Shown here one piece after another: positions 41,501 through 54,247 of a stretch of DNA of 64,000 nucleotides (positions within the stretch are counted from its first letter, which is position 1; each line of letters opens with the position of its first letter). The stretch is from NCBI RefSeq assembly GCF_009914755.1, contig NC_060928.1. One strand, written 5' to 3'. Below the pieces are notes generated by a model. It ran no database searches, was not told the origin of the DNA, and worked only from the letters and a program-made list of their open reading frames with translations. The position numbers were made by a program, and so were the translations under genes. Origin of the DNA: the human T2T-CHM13v2.0 reference genome, Homo sapiens.

Positions 41501-44500
41501 TAGGGTGATGATTTAGGGTGTATCTGGTGGAATGAACTTCTAAGCAGCAAAGCTGAAGAGTTGTCCGGCCTACGTCGAAAAGCCTGTGCTCCTATGTGTG
41601 ATGAAAGAAATTACCATAAGTTGGAACTTATATTTAAATGAGAAGCAGAGCTTCAACATTTGGAAAATTTGTAATCTGGACAAATGGTCAAAAAGAAAAG
41701 CTGACTTTCAGGGGGAAAATCAAGAAGCCTTCGGATATTTGCATAAAAAGGAGCCCCGTGCTAATAATTCAAGACAATGGGAAAAAGGCCTTGAAGGCGT
41801 TTCAGAGACCTTTGTAGCAGCCCTTGCTGTCACTGGCCCTGGGGTTTAGGAGAAAAGAATAGTTTCCTGGCCCAGCCCCATGGCTCCACTGCTGTGTGCA
41901 GCCTCAGGACACTGCTGCCTGCATCCCTGCAGCTCCTTTTCCAGCTCCAGCCATGGATGAAAGATGCACAGGTACAGCTTGCGTCACTGTTTCAGAGGAT
42001 GCAAGCTCCAAGCCTTGGTGGCTTCCACATAGTATTAAGCCAGCAGGTGCATAAAGCACAGGACTAGAAGCTTCAGAGCCTTGGTCTGGACTCCAGAGGA
42101 TATATCAGAAATCCTGAGTGTCTAACCAGAAGCTTTTCCAAGAGGGAGAGCCTCATGGTAAACCTCTACTCGGGCAGTAGAAAAGGAAAGTATAGGGTTG
42201 GAGTCCCCATACAGGGAGGCACCATTTTCCAGACCCCAGTATCATAGACCCACCAGCTGCTTGCACCCTTAGTGTTGAAAAGCTACAGGCACTCAACACC
42301 AGCCTAGCCAATGAGGGCAGCTGTAGGGGGAAGATTCTGCAATGCCACATGTGCAGAGCTGCCCAAGGCCTTGGGATCCCAGCCATCACAAAACCCTGTG
42401 CTCTGGATGTGGACATAGATTCCAAAAAGATGATTTGGAGCTGTATGATGGAATGCCTGGCCTGCTGGGTTTTTGACTTGCAGGGGGTTTGTAAGTCCCA
42501 TCTGTGTTTTGTGCTTCTTTCTGGGAAATTTCTACTTTTTGGCTTGGAATGCTTACCCAATGCCTGTACAATCATTGTAACTTGGAAGTGGTTAACTTGC
42601 TTTGTATTTCAGAGGCTCAGGGCAGAAAATATGGCAGCCTTGTCTCAGAGGAGACTTTGGCCTTTGGACATTTGAGTAAATGCTGGGATGAGTTAAGATT
42701 TGGGGGACTCTAGGGAAGGCCTCATTGCATTTTGCAATGTGAGAAAGACATGAACTTTGGGGGACCAGGGACAGAATAATATGTTTTGGCTCTGTGTCTC
42801 TACCAAAACTCATGTAGAATTTTAATGGGAAATGTTAAAGGTGGGGGCTGGTGGAAGGTGAGTTAATCATGGTGAAGGGTGGAGGTTAGATGGTTGGGGG
42901 TGGGGAGGGTTGGGGGGATTAAGGGGTGGGGAGGGTTGGGGGCGATTGTGGTGGGGTTGGGGGTGAAAGGCAGGGGTAGGGGGTAGATCCTTCACAAATG
43001 GACATTTGAGTAAATGCTGGAATGAGTTCAGACATTGGGGGACTGTAGAGAATGCATCATTGTATTTTGCAGTATGAGAAGGATGTGAGATTGGGGGGCC
43101 AAAGGGAGAATAATACGATTTGGCTCTGTGTCCCTACCAAAACTCATGTGGAATTATAATGGGGAATGTTAAGTGTGGGGCTTCGTAGAAGGTGATTTAA
43201 TCATGGTAGAGAATGGGGGTTGGAAGGGGGATGTGGGAGAATGGAGGTTCATGGTGTGGGTGAGGGTGAAACATGGGGATGGGTGGCAGATCCTTCACAA
43301 ATGGTTAAATACTATCTCCTTAATGCAGTCTGTGTGATAGTGAGTTCTCGTGATAAATGAATGCTGTCCTGCTGGGTTTTGGAGTCGGATTGGGCCTGTG
43401 TCCCATTTGTGTTATTTTTCTGGGATAACCTTCCCTTTGGTTTAAGAAAGCCTACCCAATGCCTGTGCCATCATTGTAACTTGAAAGAAAAGAATTGTCT
43501 TTTACATTCAGGGAGTCATAGGCAGAAGGGATTGCAGCCTTGTCTTGGATGAGACTTGAACTTACTACATTTGAGTTACTGCTGGAATGAGTTAAGACTT
43601 TTTGAAACTTTTGAAAAGGCATGTTTGTATTTTTCTGTGTGAGAAGGACATGAGATGTGGGGGTGTCAGGGTCAGGATAATATGGTTTGGCTGTGTTTCC
43701 CTACAAAAACTCATGGGGAATTGTATTCCTGACAGTTATAGGTTGGGCCTGGTGGGAGGTGATTTAATCACAAAGGGGAGGTTGGTAGCGGTGGAAGGGA
43801 AAACAAATGCGTAGGATGGGGAGGAGTAGGCTGGCAGTAGGGTGGTGAGAGTTTCATGGGCAGTAGTAAGGGGGAGTAGCCTGCTGCAGAGGCAAAGCCT
43901 CAAGGAAAACCTCCACCAGGGCAGGGCACCTATGGCTTTGCAGGGTGTAGCCCCCATGGCTGCCCTCATAGGCTGGGCTGTTGCTTGAGTGCCTGTAGCT
44001 TTTCCATACTGAGAGTGCAAGCTGTTGGTGAGTCTATGAATCTGGGGTCTGAGGATGGTAACCTCCTGTGTGGGGCCTCCAAGCCCATATACTTTTTCTG
44101 CTCTGCCCTATTAGAGGTTTTCCTAGTGGCTCTGCCTCTTCCTCAGGCTTCTGCCTGGAAACAGTGAGGGGTGTGGGTGGTAGGGGGCAGAACTTTCACC
44201 AATGGTTAAGCAACATCTTCTTGATACTGACCTTGTGATAGTGAGTTCTCAGGAAATCTGGTTGTATAACAGGGTTATACAACGTGTGGCACCTTTTTCC
44301 TCTCTGTTTTGTTTCTACTTCTGCCATATAAAACATCCCATTGCTGCTTGGTCTTCTGGTATGATTGGGAGGCTTCCTGAGTCCTCCCAGAAGCAGAAGC
44401 CTCTATGATTTATTTAAAGCTTGTAGAACCATGAGCCAGTTCAACCTCTTTTCTTTCTGATTATACAGAAAAATAATGCTATAAAGTGGAACTATGAAAT

Positions 44501-47243
44501 GCCTTCAAGGCCTTTTTCCTATTCTCTTGGCAATCAGCACTCAGCTTCTTTTCAGGCAAATGTCTGAAGCCTGCATTAATTTTTCTCCTGAAATGGACTT
44601 TTCTTCTTTTACCACATTGCCAGGCTGTGACAAACGTAGCTGAAAATGTAGAAGCAGGTTGAGAAGTGTGTAATGGCCAGAGGTTGGAGAGTTTGGAGGT
44701 CTTGGAAGAAGACAGGAAGATGAGGAAAAGTGTGGAACAGTGTAGAGACTTGTTAAATAGTTATAATTAAAAAGGTGACAGAAGGATGGACAGTGATCAC
44801 CAGGCTTAGAATGTCTCACATGAAAATGAGGAGCTTGCTGGGAACAGGAGTCAAGGTCACTTTTGTTTTTTCCTTAGCAAAGAATGTTGCTGCATGATGC
44901 CCCTAACCTGGAGACCTGTGAAATTTTGAACATCAGGGTGATAATTTAGAGTGTATTTGGTGGAATGAAATTTTAGGCAGCAAAGCTTAAGAGGTTTCCT
45001 GTCTGTGTCGAACAGCCTGTGGTCCTATATGTGACCAAAGAAATGACCTCAAGGTGAAACTTGTATTTAAATGAGAAGGAGAGCTTAAAAGTTTGGATAA
45101 TTTGAAGCCTGGCCAAGTGGCCAAAAAGAAAAGCTGATTATCAGTGGGAAAGTTAAAAAAGTCTTCAGAAATGTGCATAAAAAGGAGTTCAGTGCTAATA
45201 GCCAATACAATGTTAAAAAGGTCTTGAAGGCATTTCAGAGACTTTTGCAGCAGCCCTTGCTATCACAGGCCCTGAGGCCTGGGAGAAAAGAATGGTTTCC
45301 TTCTCCAGCCCCATGGCCCCGCTGCTATGTCCAACCTCAGGACACTGCTGGCTGCATTCCTGAAGCTCCAGCTCCAGCCTTGGCTGAAAGATGCACAGGT
45401 ACACCTTGCATCACTGCTTCAGGGGTGCAAGCTTCAAGGCTTGGTGGCTTCCACATAGTGTTAAGCCAGCAGCTGCACACAGCACAAAACTAGACGCTTG
45501 CAAGCCTTTGTCTAGACTCCAGAGTATGTACGGAAAAACTGGGTGTTCACACAGAATCTTTTCCAAGAGGCAGAGCCTCATGGGAAACTTTTACTAGGGC
45601 AGTACAGAAGGAGAATTTAGGGCTGGAGTCCCTAAATATGGAGGCACCATTCTCCAGACTCCAGATTCATAGACTCACCAACAGCTGGCACCCTTAGTAT
45701 GGAAATGCTACAGGCACTCAACATCAGCCCAGCCCATGAGGGCAGCTGTGGGGTATAGACCCTGCACAGCCACAGGCGCAGAGCTGCCCAAGGCCTTGGA
45801 AGCCCAGGCATCACACACCTGTGCTCTAGATGTGAGATGTAGATTCAGAAAAGATGATTTGGAGCTGCAGGATTCAATGACTGGCCTGCTGGGTTTTTGA
45901 CTTGCATGGGGTCTGTAAGTCCTTGTACATTTCAGTAAATGCTGGAATGAGTTAAGTCATTGGGGGACAGTAGAGAAGTCATCAGTGTATTTTGCAGTGT
46001 GACAAGGATACAAGATTTGGGGAGCAAGAGCCAGAATAATATGATTTGATTCTGTGTCCCTACCAATGCTCATGTGGAATTGTAGTGGGGAATGTTAAAG
46101 GTGGGACCTGGTGGGAGGTGATTTAATCATGGAGAAGAGTGGGTGTTGGAGGTAGGGGTGTGGGGAGAATGGGAGAGATTATTTTGTGGGTGGGAGTGAA
46201 AGGTGAAGGTGGGGGGCAGATTCTTCACAAATGAGTAAACACTATCTCCTTAATGCTGTCCGCACGACAGTGAGTTCTCTTGATGATTTTGGAGCTGTGA
46301 GATTGAGTGAATACTGTCCTGCTGGGTTTTGGACTTGCATTTGTGTTATTTTTCTGAGCAACTTCTTCCCTTTGGATTGAGAAACCTTACCCAATGCCTG
46401 TTCTACCTTGAAGGAAAAGAAATCCCTTTTAAATTCAGGGACTCATTGGCAGAAGGAACTGTAACCTTGTCTCAGATGAGATTTTGAAATTTTTACATTC
46501 GGAATGAGTTAAGACTTTTGGAAACTTTTGAAAAGGCATGATTGTGTTTTGCTCTGTGAGAAGGACATGAGGTTCTGGGGAATCAGGGTCAGAATAATAT
46601 GGGTTGGCTGTGTGTCCCTATAAAACTCACGTGTCATCCTTAATGTTGGAGGTGGGCCAGGTGGGAGGTGACTTAATCTTGGATGGGAGGGGGTTGGGGT
46701 GGAAGGAAAAGGAGGGATAGTGTGGGGAGGAGTAGGTTGTCAGTAGGGTGGTGGGAGGGTGGGAGCAACCTGCTGCAGAGGCAGAGGCTCATGGGAAACC
46801 TCTACTAGGAGAGTGCACCTGTGGCTTTGCAGGGTGTAGCCCCCATGGCTGCTCTCATGGGCTGGGTTGGTGTTGAGTGCCTGTAGCTTTTCCATACTCA
46901 GAATGTGAGCTGTTGGTGGGCTTATTAATCTGGAGTCTGGAGGATCATGGCCTCTTGTGTGGGGGCTCAAAGCCTATATTTTCCTTCTGCACTGCCATAG
47001 TGGAAGTTTCATAAGAGGTTCTGCCTCTGCAGGAGGCTTCTGCCTGGAAGCAGTGGCCAGTGGTGTGGTTGGAGAATCCTTCACCATTGGTTAGTCTTCT
47101 TGATGCTGATCTCCTGATAGTGAGTTCTCATGTGATCTGGTTGTCTAACAGGATGTCACACCTCTTTCCCCTCTCTGTCTTTCTCCTACTCCTGCCATAT
47201 GAAACATCTCATTGCCTCTTGGTCTTCTGATATGGTTAGGAGG
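32541..47243 (+). repeat. Tandem macrosatellite derived from MSTA LTR and MST-internal (ERVL-MaLR) sequence; unit about 3.1-3.4 kb, about 4.5 copies
   Basis: MSTA-type LTR starts at about 32541, 33354, 36337, 36985, 39668, 40261, 42777, 43111, 43678, 46037 and 46595, most preceded by the GAGAAGGACATGAGATTTGGG internal end. The landmark AGCCTGCTGCAGAGGCAGAG recurs at about 34095, 37184, 40448, 43878 and 46768. Confidence 0.88.
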
Positions 47244-48000
47244 GGCCTGATCAGTGTGGGCCTGCTCAGGGGACCTAGTCAGTTGGGACTTGTCAGTGAG
47301 GCCTATTTAGTGGGGGGTGGTCAGCAGGGGTCTGCTTAGAGCGGGTCTCATTAGAGGGATCTAGTAGTGCATGTCTTGTTGAGTGGGTTGATAGTGGTAG
47401 ACAAATGTTTGGTGTCTGGTCAGTGCCAACCTGGGCTGTGGGACTTGGTCAGTGGAGACCTTGGGACCTAGTCAGCAGAGACGCTTGTCAGTGGGGCCCT
47501 GGTCAGGGCAGGCTGGTCCGTGGAACTTAATCAGTGGGGGCCTGGTCAGAGAGGACTTGATCATTGGTGGCTTTTGTAGCACTGGTCTACGGGGTGACCT
47601 GGTCAGCGGGGATCTGAGCAGTGCGTGCCTGTTCAGTGGGGCGTAGTCATTAGGGCCCCAGTCAGGGGCATCTTGTCACCTCAGTCCTGGTTAGCAGGGG
47701 CCTGGTCACTGGCTGCCTATTCCCTGCAGGCCTGGTCAGTGGGGCTTCGTCTGTGGGACCAGACAATGGGGTCATGATCGGTGGAACCTGATCAGTGAGG
47801 CCTTGTCAGTAAGGACCTCGTCAGTGAGGCCTTGTCAGTAAGGTCCTCGTCAGTGGAGTCCTGGACATTGTGGGCCTGGCAGCGGGAATCTAGTTAGTGA
47901 GGCCTGGTGATGGGGCTCTAATCAGTGAGGGTGTGGTCAGGGAGGAAGTGATATGCTGGAACTTGTCACCAGGGACCTGGTCAGTGGGGGCTGCTGAGTA
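47244..48000. repeat. GGGGCCTGGTCAGT minisatellite, block 2
   Basis: Seen directly; colinear with block 3. Confidence 0.85.
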
Positions 48001-48204
48001 CTGCTGGGAGATGTCAGGGGAAATGCATGTTATCGAGGAACCTGTGGACAGCTGGGGTGGCCCAGTGGTGTTCAATGGCCCAGTCAAAAGTGGACAAAGC
48101 AGGTGTTTGGATGGACCTAGGAGATCTTGCTCAGAGATTCTGACAGGACAAAGGTAAAGGAAGGGCCAGAGTGGTGGGAGAGATAGTCACAGTCTATGGT
48201 CTGC

Positions 48205-49164
48205 ACAGGATGGAGGAGGCCAGGGAACAGGCAGGGTGGGCAGCTTGGTTTCAGGGAGAGGCAGGTGCATGCTGGGAGGTCAGACCCTATGAGGGTTGTG
48301 GGGGCGTCAGGTGGTGTGGGCTCCAGGTGCACCCTCAGCGCACTGGGCAGGTCTTGGCCCAGGCTCCCTGGACCTTGGCTGGGTGATGTGGTCACTTGCT
48401 GGGAGACTGTTGTCAGGTGCTGGCCACCCACTCTGGGTAGCACTGTCCCATCTCAGGACTGGACTTCCTCAGATACTGCAGAGGGCACAGCCTCCAGCCC
48501 AGGAGGGGAAGCCCCTTGGTGCAGCCTGAGCTCTCCATGGGCCTGGAGCATCCCCTGCCAGCCCTGCACTCCCTCTTCTCCCTGGTCCCGCTTTTCCAGG
48601 GTCAGCCAGTGGGGAGGCCCCGTCCTCACTTCCCTATGTGTCTCCTGGGCTGAAACTTGCAGTGCATTGGGACAGGCATGAGGCTTCCCTAAGGCCCATT
48701 TAGGGAGAGGACTGGCTCCCAGCCTGGCACAGGTCCTCAGGTCTGCCTTGGTTGCCTTAGAATGAGATGTATCAGTCAGTGCCCTGAAGGTAAAGGTAGG
48801 AGACTGTCCCTGCTGTTGGGAGGCTGGTCTAGGGATGGAGGACTTCACAGGTCCTCCCAGTCTGTCAGGCCTGGGCAGCACTGTCCTGTTTTAGGACTCA
48901 GAAAGTCCAGTTCTGGGATGGGACGGCGCTGCCCAGGGAGGGTGGCCAGGGTCTGAGAGCAGTCCCCCAGGGAGTGACCACATCACCCAGCCGGGGTCCA
49001 GGGAGCCTGGCCTGAGACCTGCCCTGTGCACTGAGGGTGCACATGGAGCCAACTCCACCTGATGCCCCCACAGCCCTCACAGGTCCTGACCTCCCAGCAT
49101 GCACCTGCCTCTCCCTGAATTCCAGCTGTCCACCCTGCCTGTTCCCTCAGTTCCTCCATCCTGT
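48205..49164. repeat. Inverted repeat with about 263-bp arms and about 430-bp spacer
   Basis: 48205-48468 is the diverged reverse complement of 48902-49164. The ORF track shows HAGRSDPMRVVGASGGVGS on + and HAGRSGPVRAVGASGGVGS on -. Confidence 0.9.
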
Positions 49165-49339
49165 CCAGCAGGATGGGATGGGCAGGGGGACAGCCTGTGT
49201 GCACATTTCATGGCAAGCAGGAGTGACACACCATCCCTGAGAGGCGCCTTGGTTCCTCCAAAACCTGGCCCCAGAACTCTGTCCTTGGGGTGGTTTTACC
49301 AAACCCCAAACCCAGAACTGTGGCTGTGGCTCAGGGGTC

Positions 49340-49753
49340 AGCACCCGCTAGTTCTACAATGTTGCCAAGGACTTTGATTGTACAATGTTCTTCTTTTCAA
49401 TAGTCATTCCAAATATTGTGAGATGCACTGTTTCAGGAAGCCCCTTGCCCTCCTAAAAGCCACCCTACTTCTCTCTAAGGAGAATGGCCCAGTCCTCTCC
49501 CGAGTTCACACATGGTAGGCGATAGCATTGCTTTTGTGTAAATTACGTAATGCAAATTTTTTTAAATCTTTGCCTTAATACTTTTAAATTTTGTTTTATT
49601 TTGAATGACTAGCCTTCATGGCCCCACTTTTTTGTATCCCAACTTGGAATGTATGAAGGGTTTTGGTCTCCCTGAGAGTGGCTCGAGGCAGCCAGGGCTT
49701 ACCTGTACTCTGACTTGAGAAAAGTTGGATAAAAGTGTTCACCTTAAAAAAAA
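49340..49753 (+). pseudogene. ACTB: ACTB retrocopy fragment (distal 3'UTR plus short A tract)
   Basis: GGACTTTGATTG...AATAGTCATTCCAAATAT...CCTAAAAGCCACC...CTCTCTAAGGAGAATGGCCCAGTCCTCTCCC...GGCAGCCAGGGCTTACCTGTAC...CACCTTAAAAA is the beta-actin 3'UTR. The poly(A) signal has decayed to GATAAA. Confidence 0.93.
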
Positions 49754-50125
49754 TTGAATGACGAAGCATTAACAAAAACAGTATTTCAGTACAGTGGACA
49801 GCTTAGCATTTTGACAATTGGGAATAAAATGCTCATTTCTGAACTGTACAATGTAAGACCCAAAAACAAAACACTGGAAATGGAAATTCAATTATGTCAT
49901 TATAGACTGGCTACTGCTCTACATGACTGTGACCAACGTCAGATAGTTGAAAGAGATTTCTTTCCAGAGAACAAGACATGAACAGGTTTATTTACAGTAA
50001 ACAATGAATTCTCATATATCTAACCTAAAATATAGCAGATTCTTTCCGAACAAGTCTAATGTAGACAGTAAAATTAACAGGCTAAAAATTAAACTCCATC
50101 AAACAAGATGAACTCTGAGAGAATA
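49754..50125 (+). pseudogene. POTE/ANKRD26-type coiled-coil exon fragment
   Basis: LNDEALTKTVFQYSGQLSILT..NKML.SEL...LEMEIQ..HYRLATALHDCDQ. It is homologous to, but clearly distinct from, the exon at 6426-7397. Confidence 0.85.
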
Positions 50126-53100
50126 GATGGGGCAGGCCGCCATCTTTCCTGTTCAGGCAACTTAGTCATTCCAGCCTGAGGGCTTTGGAGAGTATAAACC
50201 GACAAGGGGCAGAAGAGATCCCACAGCACAGCATAGCTGCTTTACCAAATCATGGCCAGAATGCTTCTGTAAGCAGGCCCCCGACCCTGTTGCACATCAT
50301 TGTACAGGACCTCCCAAATGGGGCCTCCAGCTACCGCCACCAGCATTCCTTGGCCAATAGAAATTTGAAGTGTTCATGGGACAGAGCTCCCAGAGAGAGG
50401 GGTAGGCCACCACCTTTGCTGTTTGGGTGACTAGCCGTTCTGGTTTGCGGGCTTTGGAAAGCCCAAGGTGACAAGGGGTGGAAGAGGAACCTCAGCGGAG
50501 CACGGCCACACTACGAAAACGTGGCCAGACTCTTGTTTAAGTCAGTCCCCGACCACATTTCTAATCAGCAGGTGAAGCCTTTCAACCAAGGTCTCCAGCT
50601 GCCTTCACTGCTGTTCTCTGGCCGACAGAGGTTTCAGGCCTCCCTGAGTCAGAGCTCCCAGGGGGAGGACCAGACTGTTGTCTTTGCTGTTGGGGCAACT
50701 CAGCCATTTCAGCATTAGGGCTTCAGAGTGTCTGAGGCAACCAGGAGCGGAAGTGAACACCCAGCATAGCACAGCTGCTCTAGAAAAACGTGCCCAGACT
50801 TTTTTTTTTTTAACTCAGTGCCTGTTTTTGTTCCTCCTGACTAGATAAGACTTCTCAACTTGTCTCCAGTCACATCTTATAGGTGCGTTCATACTGGCAA
50901 CAAGTTCGTACCTCAGTGGCACAGAGCTCCCAGAGGAAGGGGCAGGCTATCATCTTCCCTGGAAAATACAAGGCAGTTAGGGACTGGAGGGGACCCCCAG
51001 CATACCACAGCAGCCTGACAGAAAAGTGGCCAGACAGTCTACTTGATGGGCAGGTCCTACTGACCTGGGTCTCCAGCCAGTCCACCATTGGAACTATCCA
51101 GCCAGTAGCAACTCAGCAATTCCCTGGACAGAGCTTCCAGGAGCAAACGAAATTCTCTCTGTCATTGCCTCCGCAGTGAAACTGCCCTTGCTACCCTCAG
51201 AATATCAAGGGAGCAAAGACCCTAAGTGCCATATTGACACCTCCAATAAGCTGCGGTTGACCCAATGAACAAGCCAGTCCATCTCCCACGGGTACCACAC
51301 ACCCCCCACTGCTCATCACCAGAGAGGGAACACTGGCTTGGCCTCAGAACACAGACCCTCCATCCTGGGCTGATTACGCTAAGTGATTGCTAACTCACAT
51401 CTCTATGGGATGGAGCACCCAGGAGACAAGCAGAGTGGTGGAGCAGCAAGTCAGGTGATGTGGAGCCCAGAGGGCAGGGACAGCTATCTCTCTAGGCTCC
51501 ACGTGCCCTTGTGAGACACTTTATCCCAGCACTTTAGGAATGCTAAGTTCAGATCAGCCCCATCTCATGTTCAGGATTGCCCAGCAGAGACCAGGTCCCA
51601 GAGTTCCCCTCCTCAAAAAGGGGACTTGCTTAAAAAAGAAGCCTGACCATGTTTGTGTAAAGCAGCTATGCTGTGCCGGGGGTTCACTTTTGAGAGAGTT
51701 CTCCTCTGAGACCTGATCTCTGCTGGGCAGTCTTGCACATGAGATGGGGCTGGTCTGATATCAGCACTCCTTTGTCTGCTTGCCTCTCCCAGGACCCCAG
51801 CCTGGCCACATCTGCATACAGGGCACTCTCGGATGCCCACAGCATAGCTTCCGTGCTAGTGGACTGTACCTGATCAGTGGAGAGCTGCAGCAAGGTGGCC
51901 CCAACAGCCACGCACCAGCCTGCACATTACCTCTCCATACTGCAGCCCTTTATATGGAAACTTCCTACATCACTTTGCTGTGTGTGTTTCCACATGTGGG
52001 TTTTGCTGTACTTGCCCTGACAGCACAGGGGAGTGCAGGACACACCCCAACCCACACCAACTGCCATTGAAGACAGAGCCTTGGTGGGCACAGAACCAAG
52101 AACCCCACCCCTGCCAGCACCTAACCCTTGAGCTAATGCTGTGCAGAGAAAAAGGGACCTTCTTATACCCTGAGTGACCACTGTTGCTTTGAGGGGCACA
52201 GAGAAGGCACCATGGCCTGTACTGGCCAGCAGCCCACCCTGAACCAACACTACCTCCAGTGCAACACACACACAGCAGGGGACCCCTGGCCCACACCCCA
52301 GCTGTCTTGCCTCCACCACTGGGTGAACGCCCGCAGGGAGGCAGGGACTTTTGCATCCACTAGCATTCTGCCACAGTTGCCACACTTTTGTCCCCTCAGT
52401 GCAGTGGACTCCAAACCTCCAAGAGCCAGAGAACAAAGTTGGGACCCAAGACAAGTTCCCCAGAGTTAAAGCACACAGTCCAGGAATTGGAAGCTGCACA
52501 TTGGCCCCCCTAAAATCCTCCAAAAACAAAGCCAGTTGGTTGAATCCACCTTATCCCACAATGAAACCCTCAAGATCATCAAATACAATAAAACAAAAAT
52601 ACCCTGTCCGAAGGTCAGCAACCTCAAAGATGGAAGGTGGATAAGCCCATAAAGATGAGAAAGAATCTGTGCGAGAACACTGAAAACTCCAAAAGTCAGC
52701 ATGCTTTCTTTCCTCCAAATGACTGTATCAACTCTCCAGCAAGTGTTCAGAACTGGGCTGAGGCTGAGATGTCTGGAATGATACAAGCAGGGTTCAGGAT
52801 ATGCGTAGGAACAAAGTTCACTGAGTGAAAGACGTATGTTGTCATGCAATACAAGTGAGCTAAAAATCATTGTAACACATTGTAGGAGCTAACAGACAAA
52901 ATAGCAAGTATAAAGAAGACACAACCGACCTAATAGAGCTGAAAAGCACACTACAAGAATTTTCATAATGCAGTCACATAGTGATTATGTGTGATTGCAT
53001 TATGAAAATTATTGTAGTGTGTGTGGGCACCTGAGATTGCCCTGTAAGCAGGTGTGGCCAGGCTGGGGTCCTGGGAGAGGCAAGCAGACTAAGGAGGGCT

Positions 53101-54247
53101 GAGGTCAAACCAGCTCCATCTCATGTGCAAGACCACCCAGCAGAATAGACCAAGCAGAGGAAAGAATCCCAGAGCTTGAAAACTGGCTTTCTGAAATAAA
53201 ACAGGCAGACAAGAATGGGGGAAAAAAGAAGGAAAATGAATGAACAAAACATCCAAGAAATATGAGATTATATAAACGACCAAATCTATGACTGATTAGT
53301 GTACGTGAAAGAGATGAGGAGAATGGAACCAACTTGGAAAACATACTTCAGAATATCATTCATGAGAATATCCCCAACCTATCCAGACAGGCCAACATTC
53401 CAATTCAGGAAATCCAGAGAACCTCAGTAAGATAAGCCGCGAGAAGATCATCCCCAAGACATATAATCATCAGATTCTCCAAGGTCAAAATGAAAGAAAT
53501 AATGTTAAAGGCAGCTAGGGAGAAAGGCAACGTCACCTGCAAAGGGAATTCCATCAGACTTAGCAGACTTCTCAGCTGAAACCCTACAAGCCAGAAAAGA
53601 TATTCAACTTCTTAAAGAAAAGAAATTTCACGTAGTATGGCAGAGACAGATATACCATATAATAACATGGTGTTATTATAAATGGTTAAAAGAAAAAGAA
53701 ATTTCAACCCAGAATTTCATGTCCAGCAAAATTAAGCATCATAAGTGAAGGAGAAACAAGATCCTTTTCAGACAAGCAAATGCTGAGAGAATTCATTATC
53801 ACCAGATCTACCTTACAAGAGCTCCTGAATGAGGCACTAAATATGGAAAGAAAAGACCATCACCAGCCACTACAAAAATGCACCGAAGTACACAGACCAG
53901 TAATGCTAAAAACCAACCACATACACAAGTCTGCAAAATAACTAGCTGACAGCATGACGACAGGATCTAATCCACACATACCATTACTAACCTTAAATGG
54001 AAATGGGCTAAATGCTCCGATTGAAAGACACAGGGGGCAAGCTGGATAAAGAACCAAGACCCATTTGAGTATGCTGTCTCCAAGAAACCCATCTCACATG
54101 CAGTGCCATACATAGGCTCAAAATGAAGGAATGGTGAAAAATCTTTCAAGCAAATGGAAAACAGAAGAAATCAGGTGTTACACTCCCAGTTTCGACAAAA
54201 CGTATATACCAATAAAGATAAAAAAAGACAGAGAAGGTCATTACAAA
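50126..54247 (+). mobile_element. Older L1P element: 5'UTR, decayed ORF1 and start of ORF2, internally rearranged
   Basis: GC-rich 5'UTR with internal subrepeats. ORF1-like MRKNLCENTENSKSQ at 52655 and CCCAGAATTTCATGTCCAGC. ORF2 start-like ACAGGATCTAATCCACACATA near 53960. Multiple stops. Confidence 0.8.

Noticed and set aside
48117-48881. Overlapping 108-161-aa ORFs
   Set aside because: They lie in GC-rich inverted-repeat DNA with no recognisable protein similarity.
51927-52529. 200-aa antisense ORF in the L1 5' region
   Set aside because: It lies in GC-rich old L1 UTR, has a non-ATG start and has no recognisable domain.
50126-54247. Active L1
   Set aside because: ORF1 has stops and an insertion, and ORF2 is truncated after about 300 bp.
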